From positions 2,270 through 66,269 of the forward strand of contig JAGORQ010000003.1 of assembly GCA_018062705.1 (NCBI GenBank): a stretch of 64,000 bases of DNA. Reading direction: 5' to 3'. The position numbers and the translations under genes are program-made. Positions 19,943-30,075 of the stretch are shown one piece after another (the stretch's first letter is position 1; the number at the start of each line of letters is the position of its first letter). Under the pieces are notes generated by a model. The model was not told the DNA's origin. It searched no databases and was given only the letters and a program-made list of their open reading frames with translations. Source of the DNA: Candidatus Shapirobacteria bacterium (GTDB lineage: Bacteria > Patescibacteriota > Microgenomatia > UBA12405).

Positions 19943-20296
19943 ACTACTAGTTAACTAATAACACATCCTCTTTACAACTCAAACTCATTACTTAATAATA
20001 AGGTTGCACATGAGAAACGGGAGGATGAATAATCTTTCCGTTTTTTATTTTCCTCTTCTTTGTCTCAAAGCAGAACCTGCGACAGATTTTTCTTTTTTAC
20101 GAGAAAGATCTTTCTTTAGGAGCTTTGAAGCAATAGAGCCGATTTTTTTTGATGTTTTGGCCATATTTTTTCTTAAATAAATAACATTAGCGCTCAATAT
20201 AATTGATTGCTAATGTAATTTTATTTCAAGCATAAATATCTTCAAGAGAGAAAAATGTAACAAATTAATTACTTGAGCATATTCTGCGGAGATTAG

Positions 20297-21904
20297 TTAT
20301 CCGCGACACTTTTTTACAAACTCCACAAATATCGGATGTGGAGCCAACGGTCGGCTCTTATACTCCGGATGAAACTGTGTCCCCACAAAAAAGGGATGAT
20401 TTTTTAATTCAATTGCCTCCACCAATTTTCCATCTGGACTGGTGCCACTAATCACCATCCCCGCTTTTTCCAACTGCTCTCTAAATTCATTGTTCACCTC
20501 ATATCGATGACGATGCCTTTCTTGCACCTGTACGGGCGCAATGCATTGCGCCCCTACATCCATATATATATATTCCAAAATACTGCCTTTTTTAACTTTA
20601 CATGGCCAACCCCCCAATCTAATTGTCCCACCATATTGATGCGCTTCCAAATATTTTTTTTGATCCGGCATCACATGCACTACCGGATATTTCGTCTTCG
20701 GATCCACCTCTTCCGAATTAGCATTTTTCAATCCCAGCACGTTTCGACTAAATTCAATCACTGCCATTTGCATTCCAAAACAAAGACCCAAATAAGGAAT
20801 CTTGTTCTCCCTAGCAATCCGCACCGTTTCAATAATTCCCTCCGTCCCCCGGCTCCCCCATCCTTGTGGCACCACAATGCCACTATATTTTTTCAACATT
20901 TCTTCATTAACTTCTTCAGAGCAAATCGAATCAATCTGTAAATTTACACTATTCGCAATTCCCCCATGCTTCAACGCCTCCATTACCGACACATACACAT
21001 CAGCATGCTTCCCTCCCCCATGATTCACATATTTTCCCACCAACGCTATTCGTACGGGCGCAATGCTTTGCGCCCCTACAATTAATTTTTTCCACTCTCC
21101 TAAATTAGCCTTTCTATTTTTTATTTTAAAATGCTTAAATATTTTTTTTAATATTTTTTGTTTTTCCAAAACTAACGGTACTTCATAAATTGATTTACAG
21201 TCTGCATCCTCAAAAATTGCATCATTTTCCAAAAAACATCTTTTGGCCAAAGTCTCCCTCCTTGGTTCATCCAGTTCAATTTCGCTTCGGGTTATCAAAA
21301 TATCCGGAATAATACCCGTTGACCTCAATTCGGCAATCGCCTGCTGAGTTGGTTTAGTTTTTAGCTCACCCACATTTTTCAAAAACGGCACGTAAGTCAC
21401 CATCACATACATCGCCTTGCGCTCCCGCCCCACCTCTCGTGCCGCATACAAAAATGGCAAGTTTTCTATATCCCCAGTGCTTCCCCCAATCTCTACGACG
21501 ACAAAATCAAAACCACTTTCTAATTCATAAAATCTCCTCTTCACCTCATTTGGCACATCCGGAATCATTTCCACATCTCGTCCCTCATATTTAAACGCCC
21601 GCTCGTTATTAATAATCGTCTGATAAATTTTCCCAGAGGTAATATTATTGTCTTTGGAAAAATTTTGATTCAAAAATCTCTCGTAATTTCCCAAATCCTG
21701 GTCAATTTCCCCGCCATCTTCGGTCACAAAAGTTTCTCCGTGTTCCTGCGGTCGCATTGTCCCGGCATCCACATTCAAATACGGATCAATTTTTATCATG
21801 TTCACCTTAAAACCAGATGCTTTCAAAAGCATTCCTATAGATGATGCCACAATTCCTTTACCCAAACCACTCACTACCCCCCCAATTACAAAAATATATT
21901 TCAT
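20297..21904 (-). CDS. pyrG: CTP synthase
   Basis: N-terminal MKYIFVIGGVVSGLGKG and C-terminal GATase domain; contains two in-frame 28-bp palindromic inserts. Confidence 0.95.
   Translation of the reverse strand: MKYIFVIGGVVSGLGKGIVASSIGMLLKASGFKVNMIKIDPYLNVDAGTMRPQEHGETFVTEDGGEIDQDLGNYERFLNQNFSKDNNITSGKIYQTIINNERAFKYEGRDVEMIPDVPNEVKRRFYELESGFDFVVVEIGGSTGDIENLPFLYAAREVGRERKAMYVMVTYVPFLKNVGELKTKPTQQAIAELRSTGIIPDILITRSEIELDEPRRETLAKRCFLENDAIFEDADCKSIYEVPLVLEKQKILKKIFKHFKIKNRKANLGEWKKLIVGAQSIAPVRIALVGKYVNHGGGKHADVYVSVMEALKHGGIANSVNLQIDSICSEEVNEEMLKKYSGIVVPQGWGSRGTEGIIETVRIARENKIPYLGLCFGMQMAVIEFSRNVLGLKNANSEEVDPKTKYPVVHVMPDQKKYLEAHQYGGTIRLGGWPCKVKKGSILEYIYMDVGAQCIAPVQVQERHRHRYEVNNEFREQLEKAGMVISGTSPDGKLVEAIELKNHPFFVGTQFHPEYKSRPLAPHPIFVEFVKKCRG
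20530..20557. repeat. 28-bp palindromic element GTACGGGCGCAATGCATTGCGCCCCTAC (family A) in-frame in pyrG
   Basis: Copies at 1663-1690 (nrdJ) and 21052-21079 (pyrG); all encode VGAQ[S/C]IAPV. Confidence 0.8.
21052..21079. repeat. 28-bp palindromic element (family A) in-frame in pyrG
   Basis: See 20530-20557. Confidence 0.8.
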
Positions 21905-21983
21905 GCTCCCATTCTATATATGACTCAGTTTGAATCAATGGATTTCTTTTGATTAAAGTCTATACTATCTTTATTCCCACCCC

Positions 21984-22799
21984 CTAAACTCTCGCTTCGC
22001 CTTTCTCATTGATGATTTTCATTACTTTCGCCTGATTCCACAGACTCTCAAACAACTGTCTTTGCATATCCGCCATCTTTTGATTATAAATTTCAACACA
22101 AAACACCTCCTCTCCACCAATATACTGACACCAACAATAAACATTGTTGTAAATAAACACATCAGCGCTAATTTCTAAAGTACTCCTATCAATTGATTTT
22201 ATTTTCCAAAAGTTTTTTACCAACTCTTCAACCTTAGTATACGGTTCTATCCTTGTTTTGTTCGTAATTGTTCTTACTAGTATTTTATGGTCAACTATCC
22301 CCTGTCTCAGCTTTTCTGCCTCAATTTCTGGCAAATAGGCATCAGCTGTCGCCACTTCATAACTCAATACTCCACCTGTAGCCCGTAGCAGATTCCAATT
22401 AACTTGACTCAATCCTCTTTGGCCTTGGTAGTACAGCACTTTCGAATTTGATTTTTGCAATCCTACCAAATTTTTCATTTCATCTACCAAATCAGTTACC
22501 CCATTTTTCAATTCCTGCACCTCAACTTCTTTTTGGATAATTAATTCTTCTATCTTTCCTGGATCATCAGCCACAAATCTAAATCCACCACTCATTTGTT
22601 TTAAAATTACCAGTCTTTTCTCAATTAATCTGTCCAAAATCCGGTACACTCTGGTTCTGGCAATTTTCAATTTTCGACTAATTTCCAGTGCAGACAAGTC
22701 ACTGTTTTCCAGTAATATTAGGTATATTCTGGACTCGTCTATCTCCAGACCGTATTTACTCAAGCTATTAATTATTCTGTCTGTCTCTTCGGACATCAC
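21984..22799 (-). CDS. TrmB-family transcriptional regulator
   Basis: N-terminal wHTH (LEISRKLKIARTRVYRILDRL) and C-terminal TrmB-like domain. Confidence 0.6.
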   Translation of the reverse strand: MMSEETDRIINSLSKYGLEIDESRIYLILLENSDLSALEISRKLKIARTRVYRILDRLIEKRLVILKQMSGGFRFVADDPGKIEELIIQKEVEVQELKNGVTDLVDEMKNLVGLQKSNSKVLYYQGQRGLSQVNWNLLRATGGVLSYEVATADAYLPEIEAEKLRQGIVDHKILVRTITNKTRIEPYTKVEELVKNFWKIKSIDRSTLEISADVFIYNNVYCWCQYIGGEEVFCVEIYNQKMADMQRQLFESLWNQAKVMKIINEKGEARV

Positions 22800-22969
22800 C
22801 TGTAATTATCATTCACTCTAACCTAAACTGTCAACATGGAAAAAATATCACCACAATTTATTACCGACAAAACCGATCCTCGTTATTATCAACAATTTCA
22901 TTCAATCATGAACGGCAAACACACCCAAGATCTAAGATTTGGTAAAAAATTACCAGTTCCAACACCATT

Positions 22970-23368
22970 ATGTCAAGAGAAATCACCTTTGGTCGAATCA
23001 GAGGCCAAATAGAATATACTAGTCAACCGCAAACCATTGATGGTTATGATCTTGAATTTATCACTTTTAAGTTTATTGGATTATCCGGTCAAATAATTGA
23101 TGGTGCCAGAATCAAACTTGGTAAACAAACACCTCCACAATTAGTTGTCAGGGGAACTTTTCGTGAACTAGTCAAATTAGGAAAAGTCAGAATCGATGTT
23201 GTATCTAACAATCAAACAACTTCGCACTACCCAAATCCATACGACAATTCTCCCATTTTAGTTGAGGAAAATTCACGCATGCAAATTACCAACCTAGGTA
23301 CCACTCCAGCCGAAATAATCGAACTGTCTCTTCCTGGCTTCGAAAAATGTATTCTCATAAATCTCTAA
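22970..23368 (+). CDS. hypothetical protein
   Basis: ORF only; a 58-codon ORF (22836-23010) in another frame precedes it. Confidence 0.3.
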   Translation: MSREITFGRIRGQIEYTSQPQTIDGYDLEFITFKFIGLSGQIIDGARIKLGKQTPPQLVVRGTFRELVKLGKVRIDVVSNNQTTSHYPNPYDNSPILVEENSRMQITNLGTTPAEIIELSLPGFEKCILINL

Positions 23369-24414
23369 ACCAACTCATTTTTTCCATCCGCCTTCAGTTT
23401 ATCCACAATCTCCCCCACCCTACCAGTTTGATCTTTTTTACAAATTAAAATTGCATCATCCGTTTCTACTACAACCAAATCCTCGACCCCAACTAACGCC
23501 ACATATTTTTTCGACCTCACATAATTATTTTTTGCTTGAATTTCTATTCCGTTTTTTAATTCGTAATTATTAATTAATAATTCGTAATTAATTAAAGATT
23601 CCCAAGTTCCAAAATCAATCCACTCAAAAGGCAGTTCCACCATTATTCCGTTACCATCACGGTGAACTTTCTGGGTCAATTCTTCCTGCATTCCCTTTGG
23701 CATATCTCTAAAATTCAAGTCCACATCACCACCATTTACCACTTTCATTAGAGGCTCATACCAGTCCATCCGATATTTCTGGTACATTTTTAAATAATTG
23801 TTTGGCGTCATGGTTGTGTGATTGCTGTGAATCATCAATTCATCCGTCCCCATATATTTTTGCAATTTATCTTCTTCTGTCCGATCAATAAAATCTGCTA
23901 CTTCATAAACATTTACTCCATTTTCATTACTCAACAATTTCCCCTTAACCAAATAATCCACACCACGAACGACCCTATCCGGTTTAATACACCCAGTAAC
24001 ATACTTATTTGTCGATAGAGCAAATTTATTCAATACCTCCGCCATATCAAACAGTCTTTCCACCGGTTTTCTTAAATCATCAGCCTGTATCAACATAAAC
24101 GGTTCATCTCCGTAGCCTTTTCTAGCTAAAAGTGCCGCCGTTAAACCAATTGCCGGACCAGTGTTACGTACCTCAGGCTCTAACAGAATATTGTCCCTGC
24201 TAATTTCTGATACTTGTCCTAGTGCCAACTCTGCTTGCAATGGGTTTGTCTGCAAAAAGATATCATTAGCTTCAAACTTTTTACGCAAATCCTCCCAATT
24301 TATCTGGAATAGTGACTTTCCCTTAATAAGTGGCAAAAAATGTTTTGGTAAAGACTGCCGACTTTCCGGCCACATTTTAGTGCCCACACCTCCACAAATT
24401 ATTACCATCTTCAT
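23365..24414 (-). CDS. nucleotidyltransferase, mannose-1-phosphate guanylyltransferase-like
   Basis: MKMVIICGGVGTKMWPESRQSLPKHFLPL N-terminus typical of ManC/GMP family; in-frame heptamer insert YELLINNYEL. Confidence 0.65.
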   Translation of the reverse strand: MKMVIICGGVGTKMWPESRQSLPKHFLPLIKGKSLFQINWEDLRKKFEANDIFLQTNPLQAELALGQVSEISRDNILLEPEVRNTGPAIGLTAALLARKGYGDEPFMLIQADDLRKPVERLFDMAEVLNKFALSTNKYVTGCIKPDRVVRGVDYLVKGKLLSNENGVNVYEVADFIDRTEEDKLQKYMGTDELMIHSNHTTMTPNNYLKMYQKYRMDWYEPLMKVVNGGDVDLNFRDMPKGMQEELTQKVHRDGNGIMVELPFEWIDFGTWESLINYELLINNYELKNGIEIQAKNNYVRSKKYVALVGVEDLVVVETDDAILICKKDQTGRVGEIVDKLKADGKNELV

Positions 24415-24445
24415 AGTTAGACTTCCAGTATATCAACAAAAAATC

Positions 24446-24727
24446 TCAAATTGAACCAAGTTCTTTTTTTACAATATCTGCCAGATAGACTTTTATCAAA
24501 GATTGGTATGGCACATCTTTCTTGTTGGCTATCATCTTTAAATCAGAAATAAGCGAAGTAGGAAACCTAATCAGCACAGACTTTGTCGAAAACTTTAGGT
24601 TTGGCAAAGATGGGTTTACTATTACCTTCTTTAAATCAACAAAATCAAGAAAACTATTTTTAGCCCAGAATTCCCTTTCTTGATCCTCATCTTTAAATAT
24701 TGGTATTTTTTTTATTTTATTTTTCAT
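24446..24727 (-). CDS. BrnA-family antitoxin (second copy)
   Basis: Paralog of 17884-18159. Confidence 0.75.
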   Translation of the reverse strand: MKNKIKKIPIFKDEDQEREFWAKNSFLDFVDLKKVIVNPSLPNLKFSTKSVLIRFPTSLISDLKMIANKKDVPYQSLIKVYLADIVKKELGSI

Positions 24728-25013
24728 ATTTTTTATAAAACATTTTTTCTCTTTTATTTTGATCTCTAGCCGAAATTATTCTTATTTTATTGTGCCTAAT
24801 AGTATAGATCACAACCAACAGTCGGCCCTTGGATGTTTTTCCATAAACTCCTTCCCGAATCTCACTTTTTGAATGTTTGTCATCTGCAAACATCAACAAT
24901 GGAACTATTTTAAAAACTTCCTCTGCCTCATCCCAAGTTACCCCATGAGATAAGTTGTTTTTACTTTGATTTCCCAAATCCCACTCAAAGCCTTCGGTTT
25001 TGGTTAGCTCCAT
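24717..25013 (-). CDS. BrnT-family toxin (second copy)
   Basis: FEWDLGN...AEEVF...IRIISARD; paralog of 18146-18439. Confidence 0.75.
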   Translation of the reverse strand: MELTKTEGFEWDLGNQSKNNLSHGVTWDEAEEVFKIVPLLMFADDKHSKSEIREGVYGKTSKGRLLVVIYTIRHNKIRIISARDQNKREKMFYKKYEK

Positions 25014-25068
25014 ATTTTTAAAGTGTATACAATGATAGTATACAAATTATTATTTGTCAATACTAATT

Positions 25069-26079
25069 TTACGAACTTGAAGAACTTTTTAACTTGATGA
25101 ACTTATTTATATTCTCCACCGTAGTCCGAATAATTCTCTCAATCGCCTCTTTAGTATTAAACGCATTGTGGGGTGTAAACACCACATCGTCTCGATCGCG
25201 TAGCAAATGGTAGCTTAACACCTCCTGCAAATCATCTTTGGATGGCTCTCGGCTAGTCACCATCGCCACATTTTCTAGCTTATCTTCTTCTTCAGTCACA
25301 TCTAGTCCTGCCCCCCACAAAATTTTATTATTCAGCGCCCAAATAATTGCCTCCGTCTCCACTACCGCCCCACGTGAGGTATTAATCAGGATTGATCCCG
25401 GCTTCATCAATTTAATATTTTTTCGATTAATCAAATGGTGTGTCTCTTTGCAGGCAGGAACATGAATAGTTAGCACATCCGATTTTTTTAGACACTCTTC
25501 CAAACCAACATAATCAAACTTCAACTTCTTCGCCAACGCCTTGTCATGATGCTGTTCCACACCTAGCACTTTCATCCCAAAAGCCCTCGCCATCTTCACC
25601 ACATTTTGACCAATTCTACCCACTCCTACTACCCCCAAAGTCCGTCCAACTAGATCAATTCCGGTAAGCCCTTCCGGGCTAAACTCACCATTTTCCACCG
25701 ACTGATGTGCCGGCACAATTCTTTTGGCCACCGAGAGCATTAATGCCATTGTGTATTCCGCCACTGTTGATGAGCCATAAGCTGGTACGTTGGCCACCAC
25801 AATTTTTCGCCGATTACATTCTTTACAATCAACATTATCAATTCCGGTTGACCTCGCCGCCACCATTTTCAAGTTTGGCAACTTATCCAAAGTTTTTTTA
25901 TCCGCCATCGAGTAAATAAACACTGACACCACTTCGTATCTTTTTGCCAATTCAATATTATCTTGCAACTCACCTTCAAAAATTCCTACCCCTTCAGCCT
26001 CAAGCTCTACAATCTCTCTTTCTATAATCGGTCTTTCCCAACTTTTCACCCCAAAAAACCCTACTTTAAGATTGTTCAT
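25069..26079 (-). CDS. D-isomer-specific 2-hydroxyacid dehydrogenase
   Basis: NAD-binding GVVGVGRIGQNV motif and catalytic-domain layout. Confidence 0.75.
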   Translation of the reverse strand: MNNLKVGFFGVKSWERPIIEREIVELEAEGVGIFEGELQDNIELAKRYEVVSVFIYSMADKKTLDKLPNLKMVAARSTGIDNVDCKECNRRKIVVANVPAYGSSTVAEYTMALMLSVAKRIVPAHQSVENGEFSPEGLTGIDLVGRTLGVVGVGRIGQNVVKMARAFGMKVLGVEQHHDKALAKKLKFDYVGLEECLKKSDVLTIHVPACKETHHLINRKNIKLMKPGSILINTSRGAVVETEAIIWALNNKILWGAGLDVTEEEDKLENVAMVTSREPSKDDLQEVLSYHLLRDRDDVVFTPHNAFNTKEAIERIIRTTVENINKFIKLKSSSSS

Positions 26080-26102
26080 ACTTCATTCTAGCGCAAATAA
26101 CA

Positions 26103-26690
26103 CTATATTTCTAAACACACCTGTGGCTTGAAATGAGAATTTGGATATTCCGACACTCTCAAGCACATCGAATTTTTTAAGATACAATAGGCCACATATT
26201 GAACATCAACATATGTTTTATACCTTCCAGCATTTCCCGAAATAGATAATAGACAGTAAGCCAGCCACTCACCCAGCTCATTTTCGTCGAGCAACCGCTC
26301 AGTTCCAATAAAGTGATAAGAATTATCAGTCTCTACAAAAACTCCCCTACCAAATTTTGGCACCATAAGTTTTTTCCATACCGTAGATATTTTTTTTAAA
26401 TTTTTTTCTGATTTTTTTATAGAAAAATCCATCATCGGAATATGCCTTATGTTCCTGTTAATTACCACTTTTGATTCAATGCCAATATTTCTATTTTTCT
26501 GCAAATGAGAAATAATAAAATCAATTTTGCCCAGCTTATCTACACCAATATGGTGAATAACATCTCCAATCGCTGGTAATGTTCCTGGTGGCATTCCCGG
26601 ATATACGTACTCTCTGAGATCTACACTTTCAACGTCTTTATTATTAAGTACTATTTTTTTTAAGATATCCAAAGTGCTACTACCTAGCAT
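26103..26690 (-). CDS. hypothetical protein
   Basis: ORF only. Confidence 0.4.
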   Translation of the reverse strand: MLGSSTLDILKKIVLNNKDVESVDLREYVYPGMPPGTLPAIGDVIHHIGVDKLGKIDFIISHLQKNRNIGIESKVVINRNIRHIPMMDFSIKKSEKNLKKISTVWKKLMVPKFGRGVFVETDNSYHFIGTERLLDENELGEWLAYCLLSISGNAGRYKTYVDVQYVAYCILKNSMCLRVSEYPNSHFKPQVCLEI

Positions 26691-26702
26691 GGCACTATTT
26701 TA

Positions 26703-26998
26703 CACCAAACATCTTTTTTCCTGTCTTTACGGATTACGTATTACGGTTTACGGATTACGTCTTTTTGACACGTTGACCCACTAGTATCCGACATGCTTTA
26801 CCACCAAACATCTTTTTTCCTTTTTTTCGGTCATTAGTAATTAGTCATTAGTAATTAGTAATTTTGTTCCATTGACCCACAAGTATCCGACATGCTTTGT
26901 CCCCAAACATCTTTTTTCCTGTCTTTTCCTCATTTGTCATTAGACATTAGTCATTTGTCATTTTGTTCCATTGACCCACTAGTATCCCTTATGCTTTA
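26703..26998. repeat. three tandem about 99-bp repeats in divergent intergenic region; conserved flanks with variable heptamer-repeat cores
   Basis: Units 26703-26800, 26801-26899, 26900-26998 share CAAACATCTTTTTTCCT and TTGACCCACTAGTATCCGACATGCTTT. Confidence 0.8.
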
Positions 26999-27043
26999 AT
27001 GAATAAGAGTTAATCATTAGAAAGATACAAAAGGAGATACCCT

Positions 27044-27301
27044 ATGAACGATCAAACAGTCCCACAAGATAAAGTAGTGGAACAAAAAGCCTCTCCCAAA
27101 AAGATCAATGGTGTCAGTATCGACAACCTCCCTGATCTTTTAACTGTGGCTGAAGTGGCCGACCTTCTCCGTGTGTCCAAGCTCACCATCAAACGCTGGG
27201 GTAAGCGAGGTAAACTCCCCGCCATCCGCATCAATGCTCGTGGTGACCGACGCTACCGCAAAGAAGCTGTTCTCTGGCTACTCGGTATCCAAAGCGAATA
27301 A
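27044..27301 (+). CDS. excisionase/MerR-family HTH DNA-binding protein
   Basis: LLTVAEVADLLRVSKLTIKRWGKRGKLPAIRI resembles excisionase-family HTH. Confidence 0.6.
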   Translation: MNDQTVPQDKVVEQKASPKKINGVSIDNLPDLLTVAEVADLLRVSKLTIKRWGKRGKLPAIRINARGDRRYRKEAVLWLLGIQSE

Positions 27302-27358
27302 CCAAAATCGCTTTCCTGCCCCGGAAAGCAATTTTGGTATATCAAACAATCACTTAAG

Positions 27359-28279
27359 TTAAACTTGTAGTAAGTTTCGCAACCCTGCCACTCTTTCCTC
27401 ATCCAAATGCCAAGTGTCCTTTATTGCCTGATAATACCCCTCTGTTATTATTTCTTGATAGTCAGCGTCAAAACCACCAACCTTTTTGTCCACCATTGGA
27501 ATTTCATAGCACGGTATTGCCATTCGTAGTACATCCATTCCATCTGTCAATCTAGTTGGCCCTCCATTTTCTATTTTCATGCCGGGCAAATCAATGATCA
27601 TAAAGCTAAATGTATTTGTCCACTTATCCCAAAGCAAATTTATATAATCACCAAAACTTACTCCGGACAACTTTTGCCACTCACGATTTGCAGAGATTAT
27701 TTCAAAAGCCTTATTAACTTCTTTACCGTCCCACCCTGATTCTTTTAAAATATTCTTCAAAGTCTCGCCGTTATCTTTAGCAAAAATATCAGCCGTTACT
27801 ACTGCCGAGCCCCACTTTTCCCCCTCAATTGCAGTCAGTGTCGATTTACCCTGCTCCGACCTACTTGACCCTATTGTCAACATGGCTGGACCCTTGATAT
27901 AAGAATATTTCTCCATTATCTCAGCCAAATCCACCTCAGTATTCATAGCTAAATTAAAAATAAAAATTGGTGGTAAGTTTGTTCGTGCTAAAATTTTCAA
28001 CCTCTCTTTTTTTATCGGATCCAAATCAACCATCACTGCTTTATCCTTATACCCACTTCCCTCCAACCATTTATCCCAACCATCCTCCCTTCCTTCTGGA
28101 ATAAATAATCCCATCCACGTCCCCTGATCATTTTTACCAGCAAACCTTACTAATCTGACCGTCTCCTTTTTCCCACTTTTTAGTTCAATATTACCCAATT
28201 CAATAAACTCCAAATTTTCATTTAATTTATCCTTTGGCGCTGTCATATCAACAGTCGCTTTTAAATCCATTGCTACCAT
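27359..28279 (-). CDS. hypothetical protein; possible divergent SIMIBI-type NTPase
   Basis: GSSRSEQGKST (Walker-A-like) and FMIIDLPG (hhhhDxPG Walker-B-like); weak. Confidence 0.4.
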   Translation of the reverse strand: MVAMDLKATVDMTAPKDKLNENLEFIELGNIELKSGKKETVRLVRFAGKNDQGTWMGLFIPEGREDGWDKWLEGSGYKDKAVMVDLDPIKKERLKILARTNLPPIFIFNLAMNTEVDLAEIMEKYSYIKGPAMLTIGSSRSEQGKSTLTAIEGEKWGSAVVTADIFAKDNGETLKNILKESGWDGKEVNKAFEIISANREWQKLSGVSFGDYINLLWDKWTNTFSFMIIDLPGMKIENGGPTRLTDGMDVLRMAIPCYEIPMVDKKVGGFDADYQEIITEGYYQAIKDTWHLDEERVAGLRNLLQV

Positions 28280-28280
28280 A

Positions 28281-29225
28281 TTATTTTTTAGTCAACTTAA
28301 AACCAGTCTTCCAAATAGTCTCAATTTTGTAAACTTTCATCTTTGACGACAATCGCCTCATGGTTTTATTAATTGCCTGATCAGAAAAATCAGTAAAATT
28401 TTCGCTCCCCCATTTTATGCCTGCTACTTTTTCCCGAGGTAAACACCCATTATTTTGCAACATTGCAGTCAATATATCTTTTTCCACCCTAGCCAGCTTC
28501 TCTCCCCTATTACCATCTTCACATATCGTCAAATCGTTCTCAATTTTAATACTTGTTGATAACCAAATATCACTAAGTAGTTTACGGAGTATTTCAGATT
28601 TTACTTGTCCCTTATCAACAATTTTTAATTTTTCCAAATAACTTGTCGATGAATTCTTAATTACCTCTATCATCGGTCGGCATATCGATTGCAACGTAGT
28701 GTCTTCTAGTAGTTCTTTTATACTCACACCGTTATCTTTTAGACACAGATACTTTACCAATCGACTAATACCACCGCTTAATTTGTAGACATCATCACGA
28801 CAATTTTTTTTAAATTCACTAACTAACAACTGAGTACTCGTTTCGTCAAACGCACCATGCCAATAATATTCATATATCCGACCAGATAAAAGTGAGCTTT
28901 TAAACTCTTCACTGTCTAGTACCCCGGGATCATCAATTACCATAATCATCTTCTGTTCAGACCCCGCTATCCTCAAGTAATCATCAACCGTCTTTAGAAC
29001 TAAATTATTTCCCACAAAACTCATTAAAACAATATTGAAATCCCCCAATTCCTCCCCTTCTTTCACTAGATAGTTTGTATCACGATTTTTTTCAACATAT
29101 TTATTCAACCTAAAAGTTAACCCACAACCAGGAAAAGTGATTATTGCCCCATTTGTTTTTGCTTTTTTTTGAGCATCCAGCCATTCAGCCAATCTGCTAT
29201 AAGAATCATTATTTTTCGTGCTCAC
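28281..29225 (-). CDS. winged-helix (OmpR/PhoB trans_reg_C-like) DNA-binding protein with uncharacterised N-terminal domain
   Basis: C-terminal LTICEDGNRGEKLARVEKDILTAML...KIETIWKTGFKL matches trans_reg_C pattern; N-terminus has MIMVIDDPG. Confidence 0.5.
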   Translation of the reverse strand: MSTKNNDSYSRLAEWLDAQKKAKTNGAIITFPGCGLTFRLNKYVEKNRDTNYLVKEGEELGDFNIVLMSFVGNNLVLKTVDDYLRIAGSEQKMIMVIDDPGVLDSEEFKSSLLSGRIYEYYWHGAFDETSTQLLVSEFKKNCRDDVYKLSGGISRLVKYLCLKDNGVSIKELLEDTTLQSICRPMIEVIKNSSTSYLEKLKIVDKGQVKSEILRKLLSDIWLSTSIKIENDLTICEDGNRGEKLARVEKDILTAMLQNNGCLPREKVAGIKWGSENFTDFSDQAINKTMRRLSSKMKVYKIETIWKTGFKLTKK

Positions 29226-29439
29226 AATTTACTATAGCATATTCAAATCGGACAAAACTGTCCGAATTCTATCCATCTTTTGTCATGTATATAACTCATT
29301 ATTATAAGATAATAATCTTAACTTAATTGGAACTACCAATCAAGTTAGTCCCCCATCGGGGCAGATGGAAATCATCACTGCGATGAATCTTCCGTCAGCA
29401 CTTTAAAAATTCGGGCTATATAAAAAAGGAGAAAAAGCC

Positions 29440-29946
29440 ATGATTACTTTCGACATTGTTACCGAATCACTATATATTGCAATGGAAGCCTTGTTTGGAA
29501 TCAGTATTGGATTAGATATTTGTTTTGTTGGCTTTATGATACTAGTCTGGTTTGATGAAAAAAAGATCCGTCTACCAAAAATCGGGGAGTGGAAAACATT
29601 TTGCTACATCACCTTGATTCTTGGTGGGATAGTCTTTCTTTTTGGGTTTTTTCTGAACCTCAGTATCTTAAACAGGGAACAACACGACCAACAGATTAGT
29701 CAAATATGTGTACCCGCCATCCTTGGCGATAGTTACATTATCAATGATACAGAAATTATCATTGGTACTGCATATCGACTTGATGACCGGCCCACAAGAT
29801 GGGGACGTGTGAACTACACTTACGAAGAGACCACGATCTTCATTCAAGGAACACCAGTCGAAAATTTTCAAGGATACAGAATCATCAAGGACAACCAACT
29901 AAAAGAATACCTCTGTTCACCACAAGCCATCGAAACAATATATTGA
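29440..29946 (+). CDS. hypothetical membrane protein
   Basis: Two N-terminal TM helices. Confidence 0.4.
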   Translation: MITFDIVTESLYIAMEALFGISIGLDICFVGFMILVWFDEKKIRLPKIGEWKTFCYITLILGGIVFLFGFFLNLSILNREQHDQQISQICVPAILGDSYIINDTEIIIGTAYRLDDRPTRWGRVNYTYEETTIFIQGTPVENFQGYRIIKDNQLKEYLCSPQAIETIY

Positions 29947-30075
29947 CCACAACTAAATAGCCCGAAGCGGCGCAACTATTCCTAATTGGACTCAGGCTAT
30001 TGCCTGAGTCCAACCCAAGGTTTTAGTTGCGTCGTATTTTTTTTAAATTATTAATTATTAATTAAATATAAAATT

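Noticed and set aside
20045-20164. 39-aa basic minus-strand ORF (MAKTSKKIGSIASKLLKKDLSRKKEKSVAGSALRQRRGK)
   Set aside because: Plausible small basic protein but below reliable size; no start context or homology evidence available from sequence alone.
26703-26998. Possible CRISPR array (three regularly spaced repeats)
   Set aside because: Only three units; the variable cores are themselves heptamer microsatellites rather than unique spacers; the conserved parts are about 45 bp split on both sides; no cas genes nearby.
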